Assembly: GCA_026390635.1 (NCBI GenBank)
Contig: JAPLFO010000149.1
Coordinates: 16,075 to 80,074, forward strand
Length of the DNA stretch: 64,000 nt
From: Ignavibacteriales bacterium
Lineage (GTDB): Bacteria; Bacteroidota; Ignavibacteria; UBA10030; UBA8401
Direction: 5' to 3'
The translations under genes and the position numbers were made by a program. Below the pieces are notes generated by a model. That model made no database searches and had not been told where the DNA came from. It worked only from the letters and a program-made list of their open reading frames with translations. Below, in pieces: positions 28,561 through 37,927 of this stretch; position 1 is the first letter of the stretch; the number at the start of each line of letters is the position of its first letter.

Positions 28561-29456
28561 CTATTTGCTGATCGCTCTCACCACATTATAGTCTTTGTCT
28601 GTCGCTTCCACAAAGCCGTAAATGAATTCAGTATCCCATCCCTGGGTAATTTTTTCCCTGTCAGCATTCATTCGTCCGAGCTTGAGGAGTGTTGTTTTTA
28701 TCGCATCAACGACCGGTTTTGAGTAATCGCGTGCGACAACAATAGGAGACGTTGGAAATGGATCAGAATAGAGTAGTATCCTGATATTTCTGTTCATAAT
28801 TTTTTTAATGAGGTATTCGCGCGTAACACCTTTGTGACATTCAGGATGACGCTTTGATGGTGCGGGAAATTAATAACCTCCTGAAGATCGCTGCGCATGA
28901 TGTTGTTTTTTTTGAATACATAATGCAGTAACCAGTTGGATGAATATGATTCTTTCGACGGCAGAGCGATCTTCTTCTTCCTGAGATCATTCAGACTGAA
29001 GATGTTTTTTGAACCGGTGGTAAAGAGAACAGAGCGCGAGAAAGGTTCAAAATTACTATTCAATGGTTTCAAAATCGGAATAACACCGTATTCGTCGTGC
29101 GCTTTGATATAGACATAGGATCCTACAAATGCCGCTGCAACCTCTTTCCGGATCAACATCTTCACCGCTTGGCCATAATCATCACAGAGCCTGAGCTCGA
29201 ATCTATATGCGGTTTTCGATGTGAGATAGTCCAGCACTGGCTGATAGCCGCTGTAAATGATATGAGGCGGATATCGCGAAATGACGCTGATGTAAACAGC
29301 CGGCTTGTTGACAGAAACGGAATCGATCGAAATCTCTTCGATATTCCTTTCCACAATTCCCTCAATATTTACTGCATATCGGTAGAAATAGTATGTGAAC
29401 ACCGATGCGAGAAACATAAAGAGAGACAATCCGGCGACAATGGTTTTCTTCTTCAT
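28561..29456 (-). pseudogene. Membrane-anchored PhnD-like (phosphate/phosphonate-binding fold) protein, split by a frameshift near 28830
   Basis: Start MKKKTIVAG plus TM; YQPVLDYL...AFVGSYVY...SRSVLF...SYSSNWL...HHQSV. Continues in another frame as GVTREYLIKKIMNRNIRILLYSDPFPTSPIVV...GFVEATDKDY. Confidence 0.75.
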
Positions 29457-29574
29457 TTCTGTACTAATTGGTGTGACTATGGGCGACTGCGATATCTCTA
29501 TAAAAACCGTTCCAAATATTTCTGTCGTCTTTAGGGCAGAATAGCCTATTACTACCGCCGGCATAGACCACGAC

Positions 29575-29684
29575 GACGAAAAATCGTCAACATGACCATT
29601 GATCGTCGAATCAAGATACTGTTTTTTCGACAAACTTGTAATCGGTGCAAAAACAGCCTGTTTTCTATGGCATATTGTTTGACT
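29575..29684 (+). promoter_or_regulatory. Putative sigma54 promoter with upstream palindrome
   Basis: TGGCATATTGTTTGA at 29668-29682 (GG-N10-GA, near the -24/-12 consensus); palindrome GACGA-AAAA-TCGTC at 29575-29588. Confidence 0.5.
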
Positions 29685-29741
29685 ACATGCCATTAACCAG
29701 CAAAGAAACCAATCGATCATTACTACTGAAAGGGAGCCAGT

Positions 29742-30326
29742 ATGCAGGAAATAATACCGCGTTGGGAATGGCGGACGTTTACCAATGACCTAAAAAAGGC
29801 CGAAGAAAACATCCGGAAATTTCCTGAAGGAAAGTCGCGCGAAAGTGCAGAAGTCTATATTCTTTCTGAAGTCAGTATGGACAATACGAAGGTGCGCGAT
29901 GATCTGATGGATATAAAAACCCTTCAACAGGTGAACGAGGATCGGCTTGAACTCTGGCTGCCAATTATGAAAGGTACCTTCCCTCTTCCTGTCCCCGAGA
30001 TCGAAAAAGTATTCAAGTGCTTTCGGGTCAGCGTTCCAAAATTTGAGCGGGATCAGTATACGTTCCAACAGTACCTTGATGAAGTGATCCGTCCGTCGAA
30101 ATTGCTGAAAGCGGTCAATGTGTTCAAGAAACGGACCGGTTTCACGATTAACAACTGCATCGTTGAGATCGCAGAAGTGAAGGTTGACGATAAATGGATC
30201 AAAACCGCCGCAGTCGAAATGGAAGATCCGGCAATGGTTATTAAAACTGTACGCGAACTGGAGTTGGATAACTTCCCGAATATCAATTATCTGCGCGGCC
30301 TCAAGAACCTCGTTGGAATGAAATAA
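29742..30326 (+). CDS. Divergent CYTH-like (triphosphate tunnel) protein
   Basis: N-terminal PRWEWRTF where ExExKF would sit; basic NTKVR/DIK strands; VFKKR; VEIAE; AVEME; terminal NYLRGL. Confidence 0.6.
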   Translation: MQEIIPRWEWRTFTNDLKKAEENIRKFPEGKSRESAEVYILSEVSMDNTKVRDDLMDIKTLQQVNEDRLELWLPIMKGTFPLPVPEIEKVFKCFRVSVPKFERDQYTFQQYLDEVIRPSKLLKAVNVFKKRTGFTINNCIVEIAEVKVDDKWIKTAAVEMEDPAMVIKTVRELELDNFPNINYLRGLKNLVGMK

Positions 30327-30337
30327 GGAGAAGGTCA

Positions 30338-30811
30338 ATGGGAAAAGAGATCGAGAGAAAATTTCTGGTACAGGGAGATTTCAAACCCTCTGCCGGCAAA
30401 CAAACGCGCATCGTGCAGGGATATCTTTCTTCAGTTCCTGAGCGGACGGTACGCGTTCGCATCAAAGGCGACAAGGGATATATCACGATCAAAGGGATCG
30501 GCAATCTATCCGGTGCGAGCAGATATGAATGGGAAAAAGAGATTCCGATCAGCGAAACAGAAGAACTGTTGAAGATTTGTGAGCCGGGAGTGATCGACAA
30601 GACACGATTTTTGGTGAAGGCCGGCGTCCATACATTCGAAGTTGACGAATTCTACGGTGAGAATGACGGGCTTGTCGTTGCAGAGGTCGAACTGGCATCC
30701 GAGACGGAATCGTTTGAAAAGCCATCATGGCTTGGCGAAGAAGTCACCGGAGACACGCGCTACTATAACTCGATGCTGATGAAGAATCCATTTACGAAAT
30801 GGCCAAAGTAG
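30338..30811 (+). CDS. CYTH domain protein (short TTM, tripolyphosphatase-like)
   Basis: EIERKFLV, QGYL, TVRVRI, TIKG, RYEWE, IDKTR, FEVDEF, VAEVEL, EEVTGD. Confidence 0.92.
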   Translation: MGKEIERKFLVQGDFKPSAGKQTRIVQGYLSSVPERTVRVRIKGDKGYITIKGIGNLSGASRYEWEKEIPISETEELLKICEPGVIDKTRFLVKAGVHTFEVDEFYGENDGLVVAEVELASETESFEKPSWLGEEVTGDTRYYNSMLMKNPFTKWPK

Positions 30812-30818
30812 ATAACGA

Positions 30819-32323
30819 ATGACCGTGCGAATTGAATCGGCGGTACCACAATCGGCGGACACTGGTTCCGCAGATCACAACGGAAAGAATCTGGACGAAC
30901 TGCTTGATCTGGACAAGCACCGTCTTTCCGTTATTCCTCAAAAAAAATCCACCGGTACCGAGCGATGGATGAAATTCCTCGGCATTCCTGTCGGCATTGC
31001 GGTTTTCCTTTGGCTCTATTATATGCCGACACCCGCCGGACTTACTGCGTCCGGGCAGTCTATCATTGCATCGTTCTGTTTTGCCCTCATCCTCTGGATT
31101 TCCGAATCCATTCCGACACATGTCACATCGTTGATACTCATGGTGCTGCTTGTGTTCCTGGATGGATGGGACATGAAGAACGTACTGGGCGTTCTGGGTT
31201 TCGACGTTATCTGGCTGAACGTACTGGCATTCATTCTGAGTTCATTGCTGGTAAAAACAAATTTAGCGAAACGAATTGCACTTGCCTTGATCGTAAAATT
31301 CGGTCATAGTGCGATGCCCATGATGCTCGCATTCCTTCTCCTGCAGCTTGTCTTGGCACCGCTGATCCCCGCAACGGCAGCGCGGACCGTGATAACGCTT
31401 CCCATTATGCTGATCGTTGCATCTATCTACGGTTCAACAAATGAGAATCCGAACAATTTTGGAAAGAATCTCTTCCTGCAGAATTTGCTTGGTATCAATA
31501 TTTTTTCTTCCGGATTTATGACCGGAAGCACCGCCAATCTCATTGCCATCTCGTTCATCTTCAGCATGGCGGGAACAAAGGTGTATTATACCGATTGGAT
31601 GTTTGCAAATCTGCCGGTTGTTCTGATTGCCATGTCCCTTGCGTGGGTCATCGGTCCGAAACTGCTGTTCAAACTCTCTGCTAAAGAATCCACCCCGGCC
31701 GTCCATGGCGGCATCGAAGTGCTTAAGAAACAGCTCGACGCAATGGGAAAAATGAGCTTTCTGGAAAAAAAGGGCGCAGTCATTTTTGGCATTGTCGTTA
31801 TTCTCTGGGTAACGGATCGATTCCATTTTGCGCTTTTCGGTTTTCAGATCGATCCGGTTATGGCAGCCATGGTGGGCGGCATTATTGCACTGCTTCCTAA
31901 GGTGGGGATACTAAAATGGAACGACTGTGACATTCCATGGCATCTCATGCTCTTCAGTGCGGGAGCCTATGCCGGTGGATTGGCGCTCAACGACTCCGGT
32001 GCTGCTCGATGGGTGGTCCAGAACCTCTTCTCGGCGTTCCATCTTGACAAAAACATCAACTTCTGGCTGTTGTACACGATTGTTATATCTGTGATGATGT
32101 ATTCGCATTCAATCCGCTGGCATTGGCTCTCCCTGCCGCATTTACTATCGACTGGGTTATCGGACTGCCGATCAGCGCGAAGCCGAATGTCATTTTGTTC
32201 ACGACCGGTCAATATTCCGTATTGGACAACATCAAATACGGATTCATCATGGCAACGATAGGAATCATTCTGCTGGTGATTGCGGGACTTACCTGGTTCA
32301 GATTTTTGGGAATCACTCCATGA
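30819..32323 (+). pseudogene. SLC13/DASS family anion transporter, frameshifted near 32110
   Basis: Multiple TMs; LIPATAAR, TGSTANL, IPWHLMLF. C-terminal NPLALALPAAFTIDWVIGLPISAKPNVILF lies in a different frame. Confidence 0.8.
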
Positions 32324-33081
32324 CGAAGAGAATCGGAGTACATGCATTCATCATATTTCTCCTGGCGGTTCTCCCGCTGCCGATCGCCGCTCAATTGCTG
32401 AAACAGTTTTCAGAACAAGTCCTTCTGGAAAAAGACGGCAGCGCAACAGTGGTGTGGCATATTGTTCCGGCAAGCGATACACTGCGCTCTCTTATGGTGC
32501 CATGGAACTTCCCTTTCACAGCAGGAGAGGCAATTTCTTTTGTCGTTCGCGGTAATGACACATCCTTCCGCGCTGCCGATGCGGAACTTGCCGAGAGGGA
32601 AGGCATCCACTTTGTCAGAGTCGGAAACCACGATCGCTCGCCGCTGCATGCCCTGCAGATGCAATTTACCATTCAGCGGTACTGCAACTTTGGAAAAGAG
32701 AAAGCGACCGATTTCGGGAACTATACAATTAAAAAGAGATTCATCAATACTTCCCTGGCATCGATTGATCAATTCTCACTGGAACTCGTTCTCCCGTCAG
32801 GATTTGTCGTTACGTCTGTCGACGAGACAATTCCCAAGCAGACGGAGGATAATTCCATTTCGCCATTTGTCATTGGAAGGACAGAAGGAAGAAACAGCGT
32901 CGTCGTGCATGCCTCAAAAATGAAACTTGGAGAGCATGCATTTATGAAGTTGCAGACAAAACCTGAGGCAAAGTCTCCCGTGCTATTCATAAGCCTGTCA
33001 CTGATCGGTATTCTCTATGCTTTTTTCTTCCGCGACCTGCTGAAGAAGAAAGAATACGAACAACACGCCGACAAAACGTAA
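32320..33081 (+). CDS. Hypothetical protein with signal peptide and C-terminal membrane anchor
   Basis: ATGA overlap with the transporter stop; beta-rich ectodomain; VLFISLSLIGILYAFFF TM followed by a basic tail. Confidence 0.7.
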   Translation: MTKRIGVHAFIIFLLAVLPLPIAAQLLKQFSEQVLLEKDGSATVVWHIVPASDTLRSLMVPWNFPFTAGEAISFVVRGNDTSFRAADAELAEREGIHFVRVGNHDRSPLHALQMQFTIQRYCNFGKEKATDFGNYTIKKRFINTSLASIDQFSLELVLPSGFVVTSVDETIPKQTEDNSISPFVIGRTEGRNSVVVHASKMKLGEHAFMKLQTKPEAKSPVLFISLSLIGILYAFFFRDLLKKKEYEQHADKT

Positions 33082-33253
33082 TGTCAGGCAGCAATGTCTC
33101 CCTTTTCAAGAATGGTTAAACGTGCAAGAGCAAATCACGATCTTCTGCTTGATGAGTGAGTGACCCCGGAATTCACCGAGGATGTTTTCCCAGATTGGTG
33201 AATTGAATCGCAAATAGCTGGAACAGAATTACAGAACCATCACAAAAAGCAAA

Positions 33254-33269
33254 CGGCATCTCGAGTGCT
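33254..33269 (+). promoter_or_regulatory. Possible second sigma54 promoter upstream of the porin gene
   Basis: CGGCATCTCGAGTGCT (GG-N10-GC). Confidence 0.35.
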
Positions 33270-33339
33270 ATGCTCAAAGATCTAATCAACCATATCAATT
33301 AACTAACCATTTCATCAACTATTTTACAGAGGGATTCTT

Positions 33340-34608
33340 ATGAATACAAAGCATACACGCTGGATCGTGCTGATGTTCGCGTTGATAGGCACCATTAGCT
33401 CTTTCCTCATTGCACAAGACGCTCGCGTGCCCGGCGAGGATGCGATCAAAGCCCCCTTGGGTGCAGAGGCAAAAGACGGTAAGCTCGTTTTTGATTCGAA
33501 GGATTCAACATTTCAATGGTGGTTTGATTCAAGAATTCAGATTGACGGTGCCAAATATTTCGAGAACAAGAACCGCATGAGCGATGGAACGATCATGAGA
33601 AAGGTCACATTCGCACTGAAAGCTGTTCTCTGGAAAAACTGGCAGGCGGAAGTTGATGTTGACTATGGCGAAAACGTCCTTGATCTTCGCGACGCGTTTA
33701 TCCAATTCAATATCCCGAATCAAAATCTTTCATTGAAGGTTGGAAACTTCAAAGAACCGTTCGGATTGGATGCACTGATTAGTTCCCGTCTCTTGCCATT
33801 CATGGAACGTTCCAGTGTTTCAAATGCAATTGCTCTTGGCAGAAGAGTGGGTTTCTCTGCAAACTATTGGCAGGATTATGGGCAGGTAACAGTCGGCGTT
33901 TTCGGACATGAGGTCGGAACAAGAATTGACAAAGGAACCGACGATGAAGGATATTCAGCCAATGTTCGCATCACAGCCGCTCCAATCAACACACATGGCA
34001 AGAACCTCCATTTAGGATTTGCGGCTTCATACAAGACTCCTGATGCTGCGATGGGTGTCCCTCTGAATTCGCTGGAGGTCAAATCGCGTACTGAAACATA
34101 CGTTTTTGATCCCAAACTGCTGCACACTGGTGCTATTACTGATATTAACTATTGGACTCGTTTTTCCGGTGAATTGATGGGAATTTATGGACCGTTCTAT
34201 GTGCAGGCGGAATACTTGGGAATGTCAATTACACGATGGTATGGAAATCCGAAAATCAATCTTGGCGGAGGATATGGGTTAGTCTCTTGGATGGTAACCG
34301 GAGAGACAAGAGCTTATTATGTTGATGAAGGCGAGAGTGGCCCTATTGAACAGCCGATACATTCCTGGGGTGCCTTAGAAGTTGCGGCACGCTATAGTGT
34401 GACCGACCTGAACGACTCTAAAGCCAATATCACCGGTGGAAAAGCGAACATTCTTACACTCGGTGTAAATTACTACCCCGTCCAGACTATCAAAATGATG
34501 TTGAACTATGCGATGGTGAAATTAGATAAGTATGCAGACAGCAACGGCAAGTTCATCGGAGCCGATGATCATTCGTTTGTACAAATAAGGTTTCAAGCAT
34601 CACTCTAA
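33340..34608 (+). CDS. OprO/OprP-family phosphate-selective porin
   Basis: RIQID, LRDAFI, KVGNFKEPFGL, FMERS, FYVQAEY, GALEVAARYS, TLGVNYY; terminal IRFQASL. Confidence 0.88.
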   Translation: MNTKHTRWIVLMFALIGTISSFLIAQDARVPGEDAIKAPLGAEAKDGKLVFDSKDSTFQWWFDSRIQIDGAKYFENKNRMSDGTIMRKVTFALKAVLWKNWQAEVDVDYGENVLDLRDAFIQFNIPNQNLSLKVGNFKEPFGLDALISSRLLPFMERSSVSNAIALGRRVGFSANYWQDYGQVTVGVFGHEVGTRIDKGTDDEGYSANVRITAAPINTHGKNLHLGFAASYKTPDAAMGVPLNSLEVKSRTETYVFDPKLLHTGAITDINYWTRFSGELMGIYGPFYVQAEYLGMSITRWYGNPKINLGGGYGLVSWMVTGETRAYYVDEGESGPIEQPIHSWGALEVAARYSVTDLNDSKANITGGKANILTLGVNYYPVQTIKMMLNYAMVKLDKYADSNGKFIGADDHSFVQIRFQASL

Positions 34609-34623
34609 CCTCGAGGATCATGT

Positions 34624-35553
34624 ATGAAAAAGATAATAGTTGTTATCGTACCGCTTATGATCATTACGGGAGCATTTCTTTCATGTTCCCGAGATGCACC
34701 GGCTCCTACTGGACCGGCACCAAAGGTGATTGTACCGGTAGTAATGAATGAAATATATACACAAGGTATCCGTTCCAATCCAGATTGGATTGAAATTTAC
34801 AATCCCAATTCCGATTCCATAAGTATTGGAGGATATACTGTTTACAGTCTTGCGGGAAAGAACGGCGCAAAACCAAAGAAAGCAATTCCTTCGGGGACCT
34901 ATGTCCCGGGGATGGGTCATTACGTCGTCGTGGTGAATGATACCATCTCTGCAAGCGCGTTTGATCTATCTGCCGGCGGTGAAAAAGTCTGGTTTGAAAA
35001 TGGAACTGGAACCATTGTTGACAGTGTCAATGTACCTGCTCTCGGTGTTGATTCTTCGTATGCACGAAAGCCCGACGGCGCGAGTACGTGGGTTATAGCG
35101 ACGCCACCGACGAAGGGAGCTGCAAATTCTATCCTTCCAATTGTTATGAATGAAATCTTTGTTCAAGGTGTAGCAGGCAATCTTGATTGGATTGAACTGT
35201 ATAACCCCAACACTGCTTCGGCCAATATCGGCGGGTATAAAATCTATGATATCGGCGGACAAGGTGGTACGAAACCAAAGAAGGACATTCCCGTTGGCAC
35301 AATCATTGCCGCAAAAGGCTTCTTCGTAATCATTGTCGATACGGCAAGCTTTACCGGTGATTTGAGCGGATTTGGACTATCCCAAAATGGCGAAGCTGTC
35401 TGGCTGGAAAATGCAAACGGCAATATCCTCGATAATGTCACCTTCCCTGCGATGACAAGCACGGGCGGTACAGTATCGTATGGAAGAAAACCAGATGGGA
35501 GTTCCAACTGGCAGATCCTCACCGTCATTACACGCGGAACATCAAACAATTAA
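34624..35553 (+). CDS. Lipoprotein with two lamin tail domains (LTD)
   Basis: Lipobox FLSC; two MNEI...DWIE(I/L)YN...SY(A/G)RKPDG modules. Confidence 0.82.
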   Translation: MKKIIVVIVPLMIITGAFLSCSRDAPAPTGPAPKVIVPVVMNEIYTQGIRSNPDWIEIYNPNSDSISIGGYTVYSLAGKNGAKPKKAIPSGTYVPGMGHYVVVVNDTISASAFDLSAGGEKVWFENGTGTIVDSVNVPALGVDSSYARKPDGASTWVIATPPTKGAANSILPIVMNEIFVQGVAGNLDWIELYNPNTASANIGGYKIYDIGGQGGTKPKKDIPVGTIIAAKGFFVIIVDTASFTGDLSGFGLSQNGEAVWLENANGNILDNVTFPAMTSTGGTVSYGRKPDGSSNWQILTVITRGTSNN

Positions 35554-35563
35554 GAACGAAGGG

Positions 35564-35592
35564 CTGAACCGGATCACATCGATCCGGTTCAG
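35564..35592. other. Perfect 12-bp intergenic hairpin
   Basis: CTGAACCGGATC-ACATC-GATCCGGTTCAG with no U tract; may be an mRNA stability element. Confidence 0.5.
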
Positions 35593-35604
35593 TGGGATGA
35601 TTGA

Positions 35605-36372
35605 ATGAAGAGAATACGAGTTGTACCTCTGCCAATGGCTAGCGTTGCGCTCATACCATTGTTGTTGCTGCTGGCATGCAGTCGCACGGAACCGACTGTT
35701 GCAGTTCCAGTGCCAGTCAACGGCGGGCTTGTGGAGCTAAGCGTTCATAACACGTCTGTTCCGGAACCCTCAGGGCTGGTGTACAATTCCAAGAACAACA
35801 CCTTGATGACAGTATCAGACGCAAACGCGACTGTGTACGAGATTGATTTTATGGGAAACATTCTTCATTCGTTTGTAGTGCAGGGATCGGATCTGGAGGG
35901 AATTGCACTGTCGCCAGATTGCGACACAATGTATTTGGCGGAGGAAGGAAACCAACAGATTTCAACGTATCTCATCAACGGCTCGAAGATCAGTTCATTG
36001 AAAGTTCCTGTCGCAACCGAACAGAACCATTCGTTGGAAGGGGTCACGATTGACGATCGCCGCCACATCTATGTCGTCAATGAGAAGAATCCGAGATTAT
36101 TACTGGAATTCAACGGAGTAACGGAAGTCGCCCGGACGGAGATCACTGCAACGCTGGATCTGTCGGATGTCAGCTACGATGCCGCTTACGATTGTCTCTG
36201 GATCGTCAGTGACGAGTCACAAAAGATATTAAAATGCACCAGAAGCGGCATTGTTCTGAACGAATATCAGATTTCCTTCTCCAAGGGAGAGGGAATTGCC
36301 ATGGTCGGCGACAAGATGTACATTATAAGCGATGCAACCGGGAAATTGTATGTGTTCAATAAACCCCGATAG
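35605..36372 (+). CDS. SdiA-regulated/YjiK-like beta-propeller lipoprotein
   Basis: Lipobox LLAC; EPSGL, DLEGI, SLEGV, DLSDV, IVSDES and GEGIA blade motifs. Confidence 0.8.
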   Translation: MKRIRVVPLPMASVALIPLLLLLACSRTEPTVAVPVPVNGGLVELSVHNTSVPEPSGLVYNSKNNTLMTVSDANATVYEIDFMGNILHSFVVQGSDLEGIALSPDCDTMYLAEEGNQQISTYLINGSKISSLKVPVATEQNHSLEGVTIDDRRHIYVVNEKNPRLLLEFNGVTEVARTEITATLDLSDVSYDAAYDCLWIVSDESQKILKCTRSGIVLNEYQISFSKGEGIAMVGDKMYIISDATGKLYVFNKPR

Positions 36373-36635
36373 AATCAATAGCACGGGCTGCGATCTTTCA
36401 TCATGAGAAGGAAATACACAAAAACCGTGCACTTCTTGATTGAATTCGTTCACTAGAAGGTAAAGAGCAACGATTCTTTGGGGTATTTTGTATGTTGTAA
36501 AAGGAGCAGTTGCAAATATATTGCTTTCCAAAAACCACAATAGCAATATTTCCATTACTACTTGATGGTGCGGAGTTACGCCATCGTTGTATATAATTAA
36601 TTCACCTTGCTCTCCCTAAAAATAATGGAGGTCCA

Positions 36636-37820
36636 ATGAAAAAGAAATCGTTACTCTGTGTTGCGGTGTTATCCGTGCTGTTATGCGCGCATCTCAGTAT
36701 GGCCCAATCACCGATCAAAGTAAATGAGATTTATTCGCGCGGAGTCGCCGGAAATCTTGATTGGGTGGAGATGTACAATACATCGGCAGCATCGGTAGAT
36801 ATAAGCGGATACAAAATTTATGACGCCGGCGGCAAAACAGGAACAAAGCCCAAGAAACTATTTCCGACAGGAACGATCCTTCCCGCGAAAGGCTTTACCG
36901 TAATCATCGTCGATACCGCAAGCTTCACCGGCGATCTGAGCGGATTTGGACTTGGCAGCGGCGGCGACAGCGTATGGGTCGAAAATGCGGCAGGAACACT
37001 GATCGATTCCGTCTTCATTCCTGCTCTTGGCGTCGATACGACCTATGCACGCATTCCGGACGGCTCAAACGCATTAGTGAAAGCCACTCCGGCGACAAAA
37101 GGTTCCTCGAATGTGCTTGTTAAAATGAATGAAGTGTATACACGTGGCGTTGCAGGGAATCTTGATTGGATCGAGATGTATAACACATTAACCACACAGA
37201 TAGATATAAGCGGCTATAAAATCTACGACAACGGCGGAAGAGGCGGAACAAAACCGAAGAAATTATTCCCGACTGGGACAATTCTTCCTGCCAAAGGATT
37301 CTTCTTGATTGTTGTCGACACAGCAAGCTACACCGGTGATCTGAGCGGGTTTGGACTCGGAAGCGGCGGCGATACCGTCTGGGTGGAAAATACCGCGGGA
37401 ATAGTGATTGATTCCGTCTACCTTCCGGCTCTCGGTGTGGACACAACGTATGCGCGCAAACCGGACGGCTCCAACCTTTTTGTGAAATCCTCCCCGGCAA
37501 CCAAGGGTGCAACGAACGGCCCCGCAACGTCTGTTCGATCAAATACACTGTTTGTGTCAGACTTCGTGTTGAATCAGAACTTCCCTAATCCGTTCAATCC
37601 AACGACAACTATTAGTTATCAACTGACATCGAAGAGCATGGTTTCGCTCAGAGTCTATGATCTTCTGGGAAAAGAGATCGCAGAACTTGTGAACGAACAA
37701 AAAGAAGCCGGATCGTATTCTGTACAATTTAACGCCCGCAATCTTGCAAGCGGCATCTACATGGTTGGATTGAAGGCCGGCAACTACTCGGAAATGAAGA
37801 AGATGACTTTAATCAGATGA
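36636..37820 (+). CDS. Secreted protein with two near-identical LTDs and CTD
   Basis: GGAGG RBS; signal peptide; duplicated NE(I/V)YxRGVAGNLDWxEMYN...GTKPKKLFPTGTILPAKG; QNFPNPFNP. Confidence 0.85.
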   Translation: MKKKSLLCVAVLSVLLCAHLSMAQSPIKVNEIYSRGVAGNLDWVEMYNTSAASVDISGYKIYDAGGKTGTKPKKLFPTGTILPAKGFTVIIVDTASFTGDLSGFGLGSGGDSVWVENAAGTLIDSVFIPALGVDTTYARIPDGSNALVKATPATKGSSNVLVKMNEVYTRGVAGNLDWIEMYNTLTTQIDISGYKIYDNGGRGGTKPKKLFPTGTILPAKGFFLIVVDTASYTGDLSGFGLGSGGDTVWVENTAGIVIDSVYLPALGVDTTYARKPDGSNLFVKSSPATKGATNGPATSVRSNTLFVSDFVLNQNFPNPFNPTTTISYQLTSKSMVSLRVYDLLGKEIAELVNEQKEAGSYSVQFNARNLASGIYMVGLKAGNYSEMKKMTLIR

Positions 37821-37927
37821 GTAAACACCGCAGGAATAACGTCGTCTTTGCCTATATAGAATTGGCCGTCATTGTGTCTGTGATACTGTTTGGAATCATT
37901 CAGGCAATATTGTTCTTGCTGAAGTAA
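37817..37927 (+). CDS. Putative 36-aa single-TM small protein
   Basis: ATGA overlap with the upstream stop; MSKHRRNNVVFAYIELAVIVSVILFGIIQAILFLLK. Confidence 0.45.
   Translation: MSKHRRNNVVFAYIELAVIVSVILFGIIQAILFLLK

Noticed and set aside
30338-30811. Class IV adenylate cyclase (CyaB) call
   Set aside because: The sequence resembles short tripolyphosphatase-type CYTH proteins and the context points to phosphate handling; cyclase activity cannot be supported from sequence alone.
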